64,000 nucleotides of DNA from assembly GCA_048941285.1 (NCBI GenBank), contig JBHLNS010000005.1:66169-130168 (forward strand), given 5' to 3'. Below the pieces are notes generated by a model. That model had not been told where the DNA came from and searched no databases. It saw nothing but the letters and a program-made list of their open reading frames with translations. Source of the stretch: Promethearchaeota archaeon. Its GTDB lineage: Archaea > Asgardarchaeota > Lokiarchaeia > Sigyniarchaeales > SOKP01. The position numbers and the translations under genes are program-made. Below, piece by piece: positions 8,306 to 18,620 of this stretch. How positions within the stretch are numbered: position 1 is the first letter of the stretch; every line of letters starts with the position of its first letter.

Positions 8306-8596
8306 ATGGAAAGTATATATGCAGCTTTATTACTCCACAAAGCTGGAGGTAAAATTAACGAAGCAAATGTAGAAAAGGTATTGACAGCGGCAGGCGCTAA
8401 AGTTGATAAATCAGAAATCTCAAAGCTAATTGCTGGTTTAAAACAGACAAAGATTGAGGATATTATAAAATCTGCTAGCGCTATGCCCGCAATTGCTGCT
8501 CCAAAAGAAGCTCCAGCAGAGAAGAAAAAAGAGGAAAAGAAGAAAAAAGAAGAACCCGAGGAAGAAGAGCCCACAGGGATTGGAAGTTTGTTTTAG
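8306..8596 (+). CDS. rpl12: Ribosomal stalk protein P1/L12
   Basis: MESIYAALLLH, Ala-rich hinge, acidic tail GIGSLF. Confidence 0.95.
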   Translation: MESIYAALLLHKAGGKINEANVEKVLTAAGAKVDKSEISKLIAGLKQTKIEDIIKSASAMPAIAAPKEAPAEKKKEEKKKKEEPEEEEPTGIGSLF

Positions 8597-8922
8597 ATTA
8601 ATTTAATTCAGTAATTTATCCAAAAATTTAATGAATAGATTAAATAGAAGGAAAATTATTACGAATCAATTTCAAGATTAAATTAATCATATTAATTTCA
8701 ATTTTCACCCCAAAAAAGATATAATTTTTTTACACACTTTTTTTTATATTTTTTAACAAATTTACTAGTCTAAATCAATGTTAAATCAAATGCTTTTCCA
8801 AATAGCAAACTTTTTTTAAAATTCTTTTTTTTTTTAAATTACATGTCAAATTTTAGAATTTGAAAAAATTTCAAGAAGAGCTAAAATAAGACAATCGAAA
8901 ATATTAACAATTCTGATTAAAA

Positions 8923-10416
8923 ATGGCTGGAAAGTTCCTTAAATTCTTCACTCCATTTGTAAAAGTAATGCCGGAAATTAAACAGCCGCAACGCGAAGTC
9001 AGTTTTAAAGAGAAATTTATCTGGACTGCTATAGTCTTATTAATTTATTTGATAATGAGTAATGTTCCTCTATATGGGATAAAAATTGAAGAATCAACAG
9101 ATTATTTTTATTGGTTAAGAGTTATCCTGGCTAGTCAGAGGGGAATGTTAACAGAATTAGGTATTGGCCCAATAGTAACAGCTGGTCTTATTATGCAATT
9201 ACTTCTTGGTTCCCGAATAATTAATGTAAATATGGCAGATCCATATGATAGAGCAATGTTTAGTGGAGCCCAAAAAGTCCTTGCTATCTTTTTAACAATT
9301 TTCAATTCTGTTGCTTATATTTTCGGCGGAGCATTTGGTCAATTAGGAATTGCAGAAGGCTTTTTTGTTTTTTTCCAATTATTGTTTGCAGGAATAATTA
9401 TTATTTTACTTGATGAAGTCCTCCAGAAGGGTTGGGGGCTTGGAAGTGGCGTATCATTATTCATAGCTGCAGGTGTTGCTGGACAAATCTTTTGGAATTG
9501 TTTTAGTCTTATACCTACCCCCCCTCCGACTGATGGAGATGGGCTACCAAGAGGGATTGTTATAGCTTTCTTTTGGGCATTATTTGACAATAACCCTAGT
9601 ACTGATGTGGGAGCGATTTTTTTCCGAAGTATTGGTCAGGGTAGTTACCCATCACTTTTAGGAATAATTACTACAGTAAGTATATTCTTGATCGTAATTT
9701 GGTTCGAATCTACACGTGTTGAGATACCGTTAGCATATCGGGGTAGTCGAGGCTTTAAAAGTAAATATCCAATGAAATTACTTTATGTTTCCAACATTCC
9801 TGTTATTTTAGTCAATGCGTTATATGCAAATATTTTATTCTTTGGCCAATTATTTGCTGGACCTGACTCTTGGTTGCGTTCAAAAAATGGTGGGCCTATC
9901 CCCGATTTCTGGGTTAATATAATAGGAGTGTTTGATTCTGTTGAAGGTGGAGCAGTTCAAGGCACTCAACTCGTCCCAACTGGGGGCTTGATATACTTAC
10001 TCACCCCACCAACTTCTCTTGTACAATTGACATCAGATCCTCTCAGGGCAGTTATATATTTAGTGATATTTATATTTTTGTGCATATTGCTCGGCCGTGT
10101 CTGGGTCGAAGTCTCAGGTCTAGCGCCACGCGATATAGCTCAACAAATAATAGATTCAAAAATGCAAGTACCTGGATTTAGAAGCTCTGCAAAGATAATT
10201 GAAAGAATTCTTAAAAGATATATTCCAACCCTTGTTATATTAAACGGTTTTATCATAGCTTGCTTAAGTTTCGGAGCAGATACTTTAGGAGCGTTGACTT
10301 CAGGGACAGGTCTGCTTATAGCAATAGGCATTATCCACAACTATGCCGAAACTATTAGCAAAGAGCTAGCGGCATCACAATATCCCGGTTTAAGAGCAAT
10401 GCTTGGAATGGATTGA
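8923..10416 (+). CDS. secY: Preprotein translocase SecY/Sec61alpha
   Basis: ELGIGPIVTAG, GWGLGSGVSLFI, KLLYVSNIPVIL, SGTGLL. Confidence 0.97.
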   Translation: MAGKFLKFFTPFVKVMPEIKQPQREVSFKEKFIWTAIVLLIYLIMSNVPLYGIKIEESTDYFYWLRVILASQRGMLTELGIGPIVTAGLIMQLLLGSRIINVNMADPYDRAMFSGAQKVLAIFLTIFNSVAYIFGGAFGQLGIAEGFFVFFQLLFAGIIIILLDEVLQKGWGLGSGVSLFIAAGVAGQIFWNCFSLIPTPPPTDGDGLPRGIVIAFFWALFDNNPSTDVGAIFFRSIGQGSYPSLLGIITTVSIFLIVIWFESTRVEIPLAYRGSRGFKSKYPMKLLYVSNIPVILVNALYANILFFGQLFAGPDSWLRSKNGGPIPDFWVNIIGVFDSVEGGAVQGTQLVPTGGLIYLLTPPTSLVQLTSDPLRAVIYLVIFIFLCILLGRVWVEVSGLAPRDIAQQIIDSKMQVPGFRSSAKIIERILKRYIPTLVILNGFIIACLSFGADTLGALTSGTGLLIAIGIIHNYAETISKELAASQYPGLRAMLGMD

Positions 10417-10612
10417 TGGAAGTCCAGATTTTGAATAATCTTATAAATTTAACTGTAATTTATATATAATTTGAAAATTTCTATTTATCATAACACTTTT
10501 TATTTATCATATTATAATTTTTAATCCCATGGAATATATGACTTCGAAATTTAATTTTGACCGAATAGTATATGAAAACTTTATAAAAATTTTAATATAA
10601 ATAAATATAGAG

Positions 10613-11215
10613 ATGTTGTTATTAATCTTTCAAAATGCCTTTTTAGATTTTATTACTAGACCTCCTGGTTCAATGCTTTTTGTTATACTATTAGCCTTAA
10701 CCACAGCTTTAATTAGTGCAGGTTTAACTAAATTATTAGTAGACAGTGAGGAAATAAATCGTAAGCAAAAACAAATTAAATCACATGAAGAAGATAAAGA
10801 AAAGATAATAGCCTTAGCAGAGATTGACCCTGAACGTTATAGAAAGGCCCGAAAAAAATGGGAACGTAAAGATGCTATGTTTAAACAATCGCAACAAAGG
10901 ATGTCTTTGCAAAGGATGAAACCAACCTGTATAACATTTCTTCCGATGATTATTATCTTTGGTATCGTGAATACAATGTTTGCTGGCAAACCGGTAGCGA
11001 TGTCTCCTATGAACGCTAACGATGTTCCCTTAATTGGTGGCTTCATTGCAGCAGGTAATCTTTTCATAAATTTTACAGCATGGTATTTTCTTTGTTCATT
11101 GGGATTTAATACTCTTGTTCAAAGGATCCTTAAACTTCAAAGTCAAGCTTCGGGTGGTATGGGAGGTATGTTTGCGGGTCAAAAAGCAAAATCTTTAGAA
11201 TTTCCAGATGTATAG
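10613..11215 (+). CDS. DUF106 / EMC3-TMCO1 (Oxa1 superfamily) membrane insertase
   Basis: TM-coiled coil-TM layout, MKP...FLPMII, WYFLCS; canonical secY neighbour. Confidence 0.88.
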   Translation: MLLLIFQNAFLDFITRPPGSMLFVILLALTTALISAGLTKLLVDSEEINRKQKQIKSHEEDKEKIIALAEIDPERYRKARKKWERKDAMFKQSQQRMSLQRMKPTCITFLPMIIIFGIVNTMFAGKPVAMSPMNANDVPLIGGFIAAGNLFINFTAWYFLCSLGFNTLVQRILKLQSQASGGMGGMFAGQKAKSLEFPDV

Positions 11216-11242
11216 CAAACTTAGTTTGTTTTAAAGAAAATA

Positions 11243-11373
11243 CGCAACGGGAGGGATTTATTCTTATAAGAAGTATTTTCTTATACATTGAACCCCCGAG
11301 TGCATTCACACACCGGCTTTCTGGGATAGCATCCACTCCAAGCCGGCGCCGTACCGGGCTAGGCAACCGTTGC
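11243..11373 (-). tRNA. tRNA-Ser(GGA) with two BHB introns (17 nt at 37/38, 11335-11319; 30 nt at 58/59, 11287-11258)
   Basis: Acceptor GCAACGG/CCGUUGC, G73, long variable arm, anticodon stem CCGGC/GCCGG; central helices UUGG/CCAG and GUUC/GAAU; mature length 84 nt. Confidence 0.9.
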
Positions 11374-11426
11374 ATACAAAAAATTATAAAGAGTAAAAAG
11401 ATTATTTAAGATTTTACAGATATAAA

Positions 11427-11699
11427 CTATTTTATTGGAATTGACAGTATTTCTTTCATTTTTTTTTCTAATTTAGCTTTTTTAATTGCAGCTTCGACTT
11501 CTTCATGTTTAGCCCCTTTTTTAATTTCTATTGTTTCTGTGATTGGTTCTACATGCTTATAATTTACTCGCCTTCTACGAATTTTTAAACCATCGATAAG
11601 TAAGTAATTTTTATCAATTATATCAACTATAATACAATAATGTCCTGCTTCTCTTCCCATAGTTTTTACACATAATCTTCCAATATCATAAACGCTCAT
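11427..11699 (-). CDS. rpl14e: 50S ribosomal protein eL14
   Basis: IGRLCVKTMGREAG, RRRVNYKHVEP; ATG at 11699. Confidence 0.93.
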   Translation of the reverse strand: MSVYDIGRLCVKTMGREAGHYCIIVDIIDKNYLLIDGLKIRRRRVNYKHVEPITETIEIKKGAKHEEVEAAIKKAKLEKKMKEILSIPIK

Positions 11700-11838
11700 A
11701 TAATTTGTCACCAAATCATTTTTTATTATTTTATAATTACTGGTTGTTTCATATATCCAGTAACCATTTCTAATTTTTAGTAATTTTTAAAATCAATATA
11801 AGCATAAAATTTTTTCGATTTTATAGATATAAAATTAA

Positions 11839-12372
11839 TTATGGTTTATTTAGAAAAGAAATAATTTGTTCTAAAATTTCTTCAACTGTAAGATATTCTG
11901 TATTTATAATTAAGTCAAATATTTGATTTGATTGCTCTTGAACACTTAAATCAATATTATAAAGACGTTTAAACCGCTGTAATTCTGATTTTTCTCTCAA
12001 TAAAGTCTCCGTTAACTTCTCTTCATAGTCACTATCATCTCTTTCTAACATACGTTTTACTCGGGTTTCTAAAGAACAAGTTAATAATATATTGAAATCG
12101 GCTATAGTCTTGAGAAGATATCCACTTAGTTGACTATCGATAATAATATTTCCTTGTCGAGCAATTTCAATAATTTTATTATCTAATTTTTTATCAATTT
12201 CAGGGTTTTTTTCTACATATTTTGTAAATTCCTTAAGAGTCATATTCATTTCTGACGCTAGATCTCTAAAAATTTGGCCAGTACTATAATATTGAAGCTT
12301 AAGTTTTTCAGCAATTAATTTTGCAATGGTAGATTTGCCAGTTCCGTGGAGTCCTGAAATAGTTATAATCAT
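11839..12372 (-). CDS. cmk: Archaeal cytidylate kinase
   Basis: ITISGLHGTGKST, GQIFR, EIDKKLD; lies between rpl34e and rpl14e. Confidence 0.92.
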   Translation of the reverse strand: MIITISGLHGTGKSTIAKLIAEKLKLQYYSTGQIFRDLASEMNMTLKEFTKYVEKNPEIDKKLDNKIIEIARQGNIIIDSQLSGYLLKTIADFNILLTCSLETRVKRMLERDDSDYEEKLTETLLREKSELQRFKRLYNIDLSVQEQSNQIFDLIINTEYLTVEEILEQIISFLNKP

Positions 12373-12463
12373 TTTATATTAATATTTTAAAGTGTAATAA
12401 TTCAATTAAGATTTGATGTATTTATGATTATTACTTTTAGAAACAAATAATTATAGTAATATT

Positions 12464-12742
12464 CTATGATGTCTTTTGACTCCAAACACTCTCTTTTATT
12501 AAAGTTTGAAGACATTTCGCACAATATCTCCCACTTTCCACTCTATTTGCCCTTCTTGATGTAATATGAGTTTTAGTCATTTTAGAAGGTCTTAATCTTG
12601 GAATAGACTGAAGAGGTTTTTTACATATTGCACAGTTTGCTCTCTTAGGTTTTTTTCTCCAATAGTGGGTAACATTTCTGTTCCCTGGTGTGCTGACAGA
12701 TTTTCTTGCTTGAGTTTTAGAACGTAAACCTGGTCGTGGAAT
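12464..12742 (-). CDS. rpl34e: 50S ribosomal protein eL34 with a non-canonical ATT/ATA start (absent from the ORF track)
   Basis: (M)PRPGLRSKTQARKSVSTPGNRNVTHY...CAIC...RYCAKC; in-frame TAA five codons upstream and no ATG/GTG/TTG in between. Confidence 0.9.
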   Translation of the reverse strand: MPRPGLRSKTQARKSVSTPGNRNVTHYWRKKPKRANCAICKKPLQSIPRLRPSKMTKTHITSRRANRVESGRYCAKCLQTLIKESVWSQKTS

Positions 12743-12832
12743 TATAATTACCTTTTATATTATTGTTTGAGAGAATATTATTAATTTATATTAATTTAAA
12801 TTACTGAAAAAATATTAATTTTATTATTTTGT

Positions 12833-13453
12833 TTAAGGTTTAAGATTTAATTTGTTTTGAAATTCTTTAAACATTTGATATAAATCTTCTATTAATTTTT
12901 CTCTGAATTTTGCATTTGAAAACAATTGATCAGTTTGATTTAGAGCATTTGTTTGAATTGATTTAACCTTGGATAAGATGTTATCTAATCCTGGAAACTT
13001 ATCCAAATTATTGGTTAACTCTTCAAATAGATTAAAAATCAGGTCATTTTTTGTTAAACCATTCAAAGTTAAAGCATCCATAAGTGTTATAAACGAAGTG
13101 GTTATTTCAGAAGTAATTCCAGGCAATTCTAAAAATGTGCGATTTTTTGTTGCTATGCTATTATCTGATAAATTTAAGGATGAAACTCGATTAATGATGT
13201 CTATAGCAGAGTTATAATCATGAGTCAAATCCATTCTATTCAGAAGATCTGAAAGTTGAAGTTTATTTTCTTTCAAAGTAAAATTTAATTTCAATAAGTT
13301 ATTCATAGTTGTTTTTAATGCCTTTTTAAAGAAATTTTGATTTACTATCCCTTTTTGATACTTAATGTTCAAATTTGTTATTGATTTTACCAATGCAAAT
13401 AATTCAGATTCAATTTTGGATTCAATGTCAGGATTATTATAATCTTCTGTCAT
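12833..13453 (-). CDS. Vps28-like ESCRT-I protein
   Basis: ELFALVKSI...Y.KG N-terminal hairpin and ITTSFITLMDALTL C-terminal motif resemble Vps28. Confidence 0.7.
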   Translation of the reverse strand: MTEDYNNPDIESKIESELFALVKSITNLNIKYQKGIVNQNFFKKALKTTMNNLLKLNFTLKENKLQLSDLLNRMDLTHDYNSAIDIINRVSSLNLSDNSIATKNRTFLELPGITSEITTSFITLMDALTLNGLTKNDLIFNLFEELTNNLDKFPGLDNILSKVKSIQTNALNQTDQLFSNAKFREKLIEDLYQMFKEFQNKLNLKP

Positions 13454-13518
13454 ATCGCGCTTTATTAAATAAAAATTTCAGAATTTTTATATAACGTTGG
13501 GATTGAGAGCTAATAAAT

Positions 13519-14421
13519 TTAACCAAATAATGTTGGGCGTAGGAAATAGAATAATATAGCGACTACTATACCAATAATAATATTAGGTATTAATACTCGG
13601 GTTGTTGAAGAATTACTTAATTCTCTAATAGCGAGAGTCATTAAAATAGGTACCCATGTGGCTAGGGTTATTGCATCGATTATATCTAAAGTAGCCCAAG
13701 TTGGTGCATCAAATATTTGATCTATATTAATTACATCTACAGTTGGAAACCCAAAGACTACAATAAAGATCTTGATAGCATTTATTATTAGAAATGGAGT
13801 AAACGCACATAACATCATTCTGAATTTATATGCGCCTTCTAATTGTAGCATTGTACCGCCTTTATATATACTAAATGGACTTACATCAGTTTCCTTATAT
13901 TTTTCTCTTTGTTCTTTAAGTCCTCCAAAACGTGTTTCCAACTTTTCTGTAAACCCTACAGCATAATTAGCTCCCTTACTAAATAACCATATTAAGAACC
14001 AAAACAAAAGTAATTGAAAACAAAATCCAAATAGAAAAAATGTGCTAAAAAAACTTAAACCATATAAAAAGTGACCAAGTGAATATGGTGGAAGACCGGG
14101 AAAATTGAAATGTGAAAAGAATGCTAAGCCCATTAATCCATATAATAAAGAACAAAATAGTAAAATTAACCATCCAGGAGCCTTACTTCTTTTATGATTA
14201 ATATCGTGAAAAGCCTTTGGAGCATTTACAAAAAGATAAAAGATCTTCATATACCATCGATATGGGCTCGTCCATTCTGCCTCATATCTCCTAAAAAACC
14301 TAATATTTTCAATTCTTTCTATTTTTAATCTAAAACCACAGAAATTACAAGCATAACTATCAGCTGTATTCTCATTTCCACACCTAGGACACCGCTGAAA
14401 TGCGGCAACTGTCTGAGACAT
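13519..14421 (-). CDS. Zinc-ribbon plus Yip1-like multi-pass membrane protein
   Basis: CPRC...CNFC, then about five TM helices with an F.NAPKAF motif. Confidence 0.6.
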   Translation of the reverse strand: MSQTVAAFQRCPRCGNENTADSYACNFCGFRLKIERIENIRFFRRYEAEWTSPYRWYMKIFYLFVNAPKAFHDINHKRSKAPGWLILLFCSLLYGLMGLAFFSHFNFPGLPPYSLGHFLYGLSFFSTFFLFGFCFQLLLFWFLIWLFSKGANYAVGFTEKLETRFGGLKEQREKYKETDVSPFSIYKGGTMLQLEGAYKFRMMLCAFTPFLIINAIKIFIVVFGFPTVDVINIDQIFDAPTWATLDIIDAITLATWVPILMTLAIRELSNSSTTRVLIPNIIIGIVVAILFYFLRPTLFG

Positions 14422-14545
14422 TATTATATGAATATTTTAATAATTTTTATAATAAACATATAATAAAATAATCTTATAAAAATTTCTTCTAATCTTCACA
14501 TGAATTCTTAATGAATTCTTCCTTTATATAAGAGATTTTTATTAA

Positions 14546-15589
14546 CTATATAAATTCAATTATAGAATGTGATTTCTTATTTTCGACTTGATAGTCTCTT
14601 TCTAAAAATAATTTAATCAATTCAAGATTAGTTTTAGTGTGATTTGTTATTTCAAGTACTTTTATTCTTGAAGGCTTTTTAATATAAGCCATGAAAGGAA
14701 TTAATTGATCACTTAAATAATTATCAACGGGAATTTGTTTTTTAATATAGGTTATAAGTTTATTAGCTGCTATAATTCCTAAATCTTCGGAAGTAATATT
14801 TCTCTCACCTAATATTGTTCCAGAAGAAATTATAGCTCCTGTATCTGAATTTGCCCATAAACAAAGCCCTACTCCTGGACTTAGGGATTGTACATACTTA
14901 TAAGTAATATTAGCTTCAATTCTTAAGCTTCTTTTTATTTGAAGAATTACCGTTTTTTTTATTCTTTCACATACTTTTTTATTAATTAGATGATTAGTAC
15001 AGATAATTTCACCTTGAATTAAATCAATATCTCCTAATTCTGTTAAATTAAGTGATTTAAGCTTATTTTTAGGAGGATGTATAATACATTTTGTGACAGC
15101 CCCGCCTTTAGGATAAAAACCATGTTTTAAAATATTTAAGTCAATATCAAAACCATGAGTTCTAAATATATTATATGTTACATGTTGAAGATAGTTAAGA
15201 CCTGGGGCATATTTACCAAATGTCCCCCCACCATTTACGAGAATTTCAATTTTTTCTACTCTATTAAAACCCAGACTTGCGATCTGAATGGGTTGGATTA
15301 ATAACCCTATATTTCCTGCAGTTCCAACATCTACTTCAATTCTAGTTTTTATTTTTTCTTTAGGGTATAATGTGATTTCTTTGGTCCCAACTTGACAATC
15401 AGATAATGAACTATCTGTCAGGATAGCCAAGGTCTCCAAGCCTTTTAGGTGTTGTAGACGTAAACCGGGCTTAGACCTATTTGCTCTTATATTCTTTATT
15501 CTAATTGGGCGTTTGCATAATATTGAAAATCCTGCTCCTATTCGAACTATAGCACCTCCACCTTCACCAAAAGCTCCATCTATTTCCAA
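14546..15589 (-). CDS. rtcA: RNA 3'-terminal phosphate cyclase
   Basis: EIDGAFGEGGG, IRANRSKPGLRLQHL, GFYPKGG, YLSDQL, TNHTKTN. Confidence 0.93.
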   Translation of the reverse strand: MEIDGAFGEGGGAIVRIGAGFSILCKRPIRIKNIRANRSKPGLRLQHLKGLETLAILTDSSLSDCQVGTKEITLYPKEKIKTRIEVDVGTAGNIGLLIQPIQIASLGFNRVEKIEILVNGGGTFGKYAPGLNYLQHVTYNIFRTHGFDIDLNILKHGFYPKGGAVTKCIIHPPKNKLKSLNLTELGDIDLIQGEIICTNHLINKKVCERIKKTVILQIKRSLRIEANITYKYVQSLSPGVGLCLWANSDTGAIISSGTILGERNITSEDLGIIAANKLITYIKKQIPVDNYLSDQLIPFMAYIKKPSRIKVLEITNHTKTNLELIKLFLERDYQVENKKSHSIIEFI

Positions 15590-15618
15590 GATTTTATCTG
15601 AGGTGATGAATTATCCCC

Positions 15619-16734
15619 TTATTTTATTGTTTTTATTCTATTTACTCCATTGAATTCTTCCATAAGGTTAATAACTTCATTAGGTACTAAATTTTTCCAC
15701 TTTTTATCATTCCTTAGAATTAAATTTCTAATATTATTTCCATTGAATTTTTTTTTAAAAATGGTTATTTTCTTTTCAACTTTAATTCCTTTATTAGTAA
15801 ATAATTCTCTTACCCAATCACTATTTGAATAGACTGAATCAAGTTCCCCTACTTTTGAGAGTACGTGATCTACCCATTCATTTGCATTAAAAATATCAGG
15901 GATATTATAAATTTGATATACCTTTGAGGAGATGCCTCTTTTTTCTAAAGCAGCGATTATAAATTTTTTTCTTTCATCACTCGTAAATGGATCATTTATA
16001 GTATGTGATAATTGAGAACTTCCTATAGCAATTTTAATTTTTTTATAAGATTTTAAGATTTGTTTAATAACATATATATGACCATGATGAAGAGGTTGAA
16101 ATCTTCCAATAAATAGAGCAGTCTCGTTTTCACGTTCAATTGATTGTTCTATTTTTTTCTCGAAGATTGAATAAACGTTTGTATTTAAAAGTTTTTCCCA
16201 AATCTTTTTAGAATAATCTATATATTTTTCATTTTCTAACAATTTTTCAAGTTCAGCTTTATTATAGAATCTACTATATCTAGGGTCTAATTCATTTAAA
16301 TTTGGAATTAACGCAACTGAATATTCTACGCATCCGATAAAAATATATGCTATTTCATTGCCTTCTGAATTTAAATCATAAAATCGGACTTTTTTAACTT
16401 TATTTCGAGGAATCCCAAATTCTTCTTCAAGTTCTCTCAAAGCATTATTCTTAATTTTATTTAGATTTAATTTTTTTTCCCAATTTATATGTCCTGAAGA
16501 TGAATCTGTAAAATAATCTGGGAATGCTTTTTTATTTTTTCCACGTTTTTGGACTAAAAATAATGTAGAGCCATCTGGAGCTACTGATAGTATAAAAAGT
16601 CGCGTAATTAGATGACTAATATTTTTCTTGTGGGCTTCAATTCTTTCCATTGGAAAAATATATTTAGAAATCTGCCCCGATTGTAAATATTTTTTATTTT
16701 TTTTATCAATACAAGCTAAAATTTCTCTTTCCAT
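15619..16734 (-). CDS. NUDIX (IDI-like) plus nicotinamide-nucleotide adenylyltransferase fusion
   Basis: N-terminal ALRELEEEFG NUDIX box; C-terminal FIGRFQPLHHGH and IGSSQ...DPFT..ER. Confidence 0.88.
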   Translation of the reverse strand: MEREILACIDKKNKKYLQSGQISKYIFPMERIEAHKKNISHLITRLFILSVAPDGSTLFLVQKRGKNKKAFPDYFTDSSSGHINWEKKLNLNKIKNNALRELEEEFGIPRNKVKKVRFYDLNSEGNEIAYIFIGCVEYSVALIPNLNELDPRYSRFYNKAELEKLLENEKYIDYSKKIWEKLLNTNVYSIFEKKIEQSIERENETALFIGRFQPLHHGHIYVIKQILKSYKKIKIAIGSSQLSHTINDPFTSDERKKFIIAALEKRGISSKVYQIYNIPDIFNANEWVDHVLSKVGELDSVYSNSDWVRELFTNKGIKVEKKITIFKKKFNGNNIRNLILRNDKKWKNLVPNEVINLMEEFNGVNRIKTIK

Positions 16735-16750
16735 ATCTACGCACTTTTTT

Positions 16751-17593
16751 CTATAATTCTATAGTTATAGTATCCCCTATTTTAAATCCCAATTCCTTAG
16801 ATGCATTTCCTTGATTGATTGATAACTCAAGAAAACCAGTTGAACCAACAAGAAACAAAATTGATCCAATAGGGAGACTTGAGAAGCTTAATGTAAAAAA
16901 AATTTTATATTTTTTATCGTTTATCTTGACTAAAATTTCTGAATCTTCGTTTATGATAATGTCACTATTCTTAATTATATTACCTACCATTTTTATATTA
17001 GTTGTTCCATTTCCAAAAGAATCTATATACTGAATTGAACATTGGACAACTTTTTTTTCAAAATCAATATCATAAATAATCTGGGATTCTTTTAAATTAT
17101 TAAGGTTAAACTTAGGTCCAAAACTCCTTAATGGAATACCAGATACTAAGTGTGCCGCAACTGGTGCCATAATATCCCTTCCATGAAATGTATTTGAAAT
17201 AGGTATATTAAAGAATTCATTGTTTTGTATTTCAAAACATTCTTCTATATTAATAGTAGAAATTCCAGAAAAGATTCCATTATTAGGCCCAATAAAATAA
17301 TGGTTTGATTTAGTTTTTAATAATAAAATTTCTCGAGAGCCTCCAACACCAGGATCTACTACGATTATAAAAGTTGTTCCTTTAGGAAAGTATATATATG
17401 TGGTTTCTAATATATATGATGCTTCAATTATAGAAAAAGGGGTAATGTTATGGGTGATATCTATTATTCTTATATTAGGGTTAATCTTTAAAATTACACC
17501 TTTCATACTAGCTACATAATGTTGACCTTTTAAGCCAAAATCAGTAAGTAAGCATATTAATTTTTGATTAAAATCCGCCATTTCAGAAAGCAA
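16751..17593 (-). CDS. SAM-dependent halogenase / SAM hydroxide adenosyltransferase (DUF62)
   Basis: LLTDFG, VVDPGVG, TFHGRDI, IDSFGN. Confidence 0.92.
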   Translation of the reverse strand: MLSEMADFNQKLICLLTDFGLKGQHYVASMKGVILKINPNIRIIDITHNITPFSIIEASYILETTYIYFPKGTTFIIVVDPGVGGSREILLLKTKSNHYFIGPNNGIFSGISTINIEECFEIQNNEFFNIPISNTFHGRDIMAPVAAHLVSGIPLRSFGPKFNLNNLKESQIIYDIDFEKKVVQCSIQYIDSFGNGTTNIKMVGNIIKNSDIIINEDSEILVKINDKKYKIFFTLSFSSLPIGSILFLVGSTGFLELSINQGNASKELGFKIGDTITIEL

Positions 17594-17641
17594 ACAAGTA
17601 ATTTAATGGATAATATTTATGAAAAATAAAGCAAGAGATGT

Positions 17642-18547
17642 TTATTTATTTTTTCTATATTTTTCATCGATTTTATAAAAATCTTCCAAAGCTTTTGATT
17701 TTAGCCTATATTCCTCTTCTTTATCAAATTGAACTAATTTTTTAGAAATCTCACTTGCTCTTCTATATGAGGTGTAAGCTGTATGGAAATCCTCATTTCT
17801 AAGTGCATTTCTAGCTTCTTGTACAATTTTATCTCTCTCTCTTGATAGTTCGGGAATTTGCTCAGAGAAATTTCCCTTTTCTTTAAGAGAAGCCGCTATA
17901 TCCATTATATATAGACCTTCTGCGATTTCTGCTGCTTTAGTATAAAATTTTGCTGCTTTCTCATAGTCTAAAGATTTCATTGCGCTTTCAGCGGTATTAT
18001 AATATTCTGATATTTTATCATGTTCTCCGTTTTCGACTTTTTCTAAAAGATCCTGAGCAATTTTTCTTTCTTTTTTTCCGCCGCTAAGCATAAATTTAGT
18101 AATGTTAATAATACTACTTTTCAATGCTTCAGGCTGAAGTATATCAATTAAAGGCTCTAGATGTTCTAAATATATATCCTTTAATAATACTTCAAATTCT
18201 TCCTTCGTTTTCTTAAGAATGTTAAGGCTTGGAATCTCAAAGGCTTCTGCTGCTTCTTTTAGGGATGAGCGAAATTTCTCTGGTTTGTCATTCTCATTTA
18301 ATAACATACCTATTATTATCCCCGATGCGTTTCGAATAAGCTTTCCTGTAAATTTATGAATATATGAAAAAATTTGAAGATTTTTAACTTTTAATAAATT
18401 ATACTCATTTCTGGAGTGGTCAAGATTTAATCTTAGAAATAAATCATTTGTAATATCAAAAACAGCTGTACCCTCTTTAAAATAATATCCCAAAATCTTG
18501 TAATCTGAATCTGTAGGAAGTAATATAACAAAACAGCCTTCTGGCAT
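17642..18547 (-). CDS. Hypothetical protein with a longin-like N-terminus and TPR-like helical repeats
   Basis: Beta/alpha N-domain; repeated AxxxYxxAxE helical hairpins. Confidence 0.5.
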   Translation of the reverse strand: MPEGCFVILLPTDSDYKILGYYFKEGTAVFDITNDLFLRLNLDHSRNEYNLLKVKNLQIFSYIHKFTGKLIRNASGIIIGMLLNENDKPEKFRSSLKEAAEAFEIPSLNILKKTKEEFEVLLKDIYLEHLEPLIDILQPEALKSSIINITKFMLSGGKKERKIAQDLLEKVENGEHDKISEYYNTAESAMKSLDYEKAAKFYTKAAEIAEGLYIMDIAASLKEKGNFSEQIPELSRERDKIVQEARNALRNEDFHTAYTSYRRASEISKKLVQFDKEEEYRLKSKALEDFYKIDEKYRKNK

Positions 18548-18620
18548 TTAAGTTTTTACACCTTTTAGATAAATATTTTTAAGCTAAATTAAGACTAAAT
18601 TCAATTAGACTAAAAATTTT

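Noticed and set aside
11130-11375. 81-aa minus-strand ORF, and an initial impression of SRP RNA in this GC-rich patch
   Set aside because: Fully explained by tRNA-Ser(GGA) with two introns
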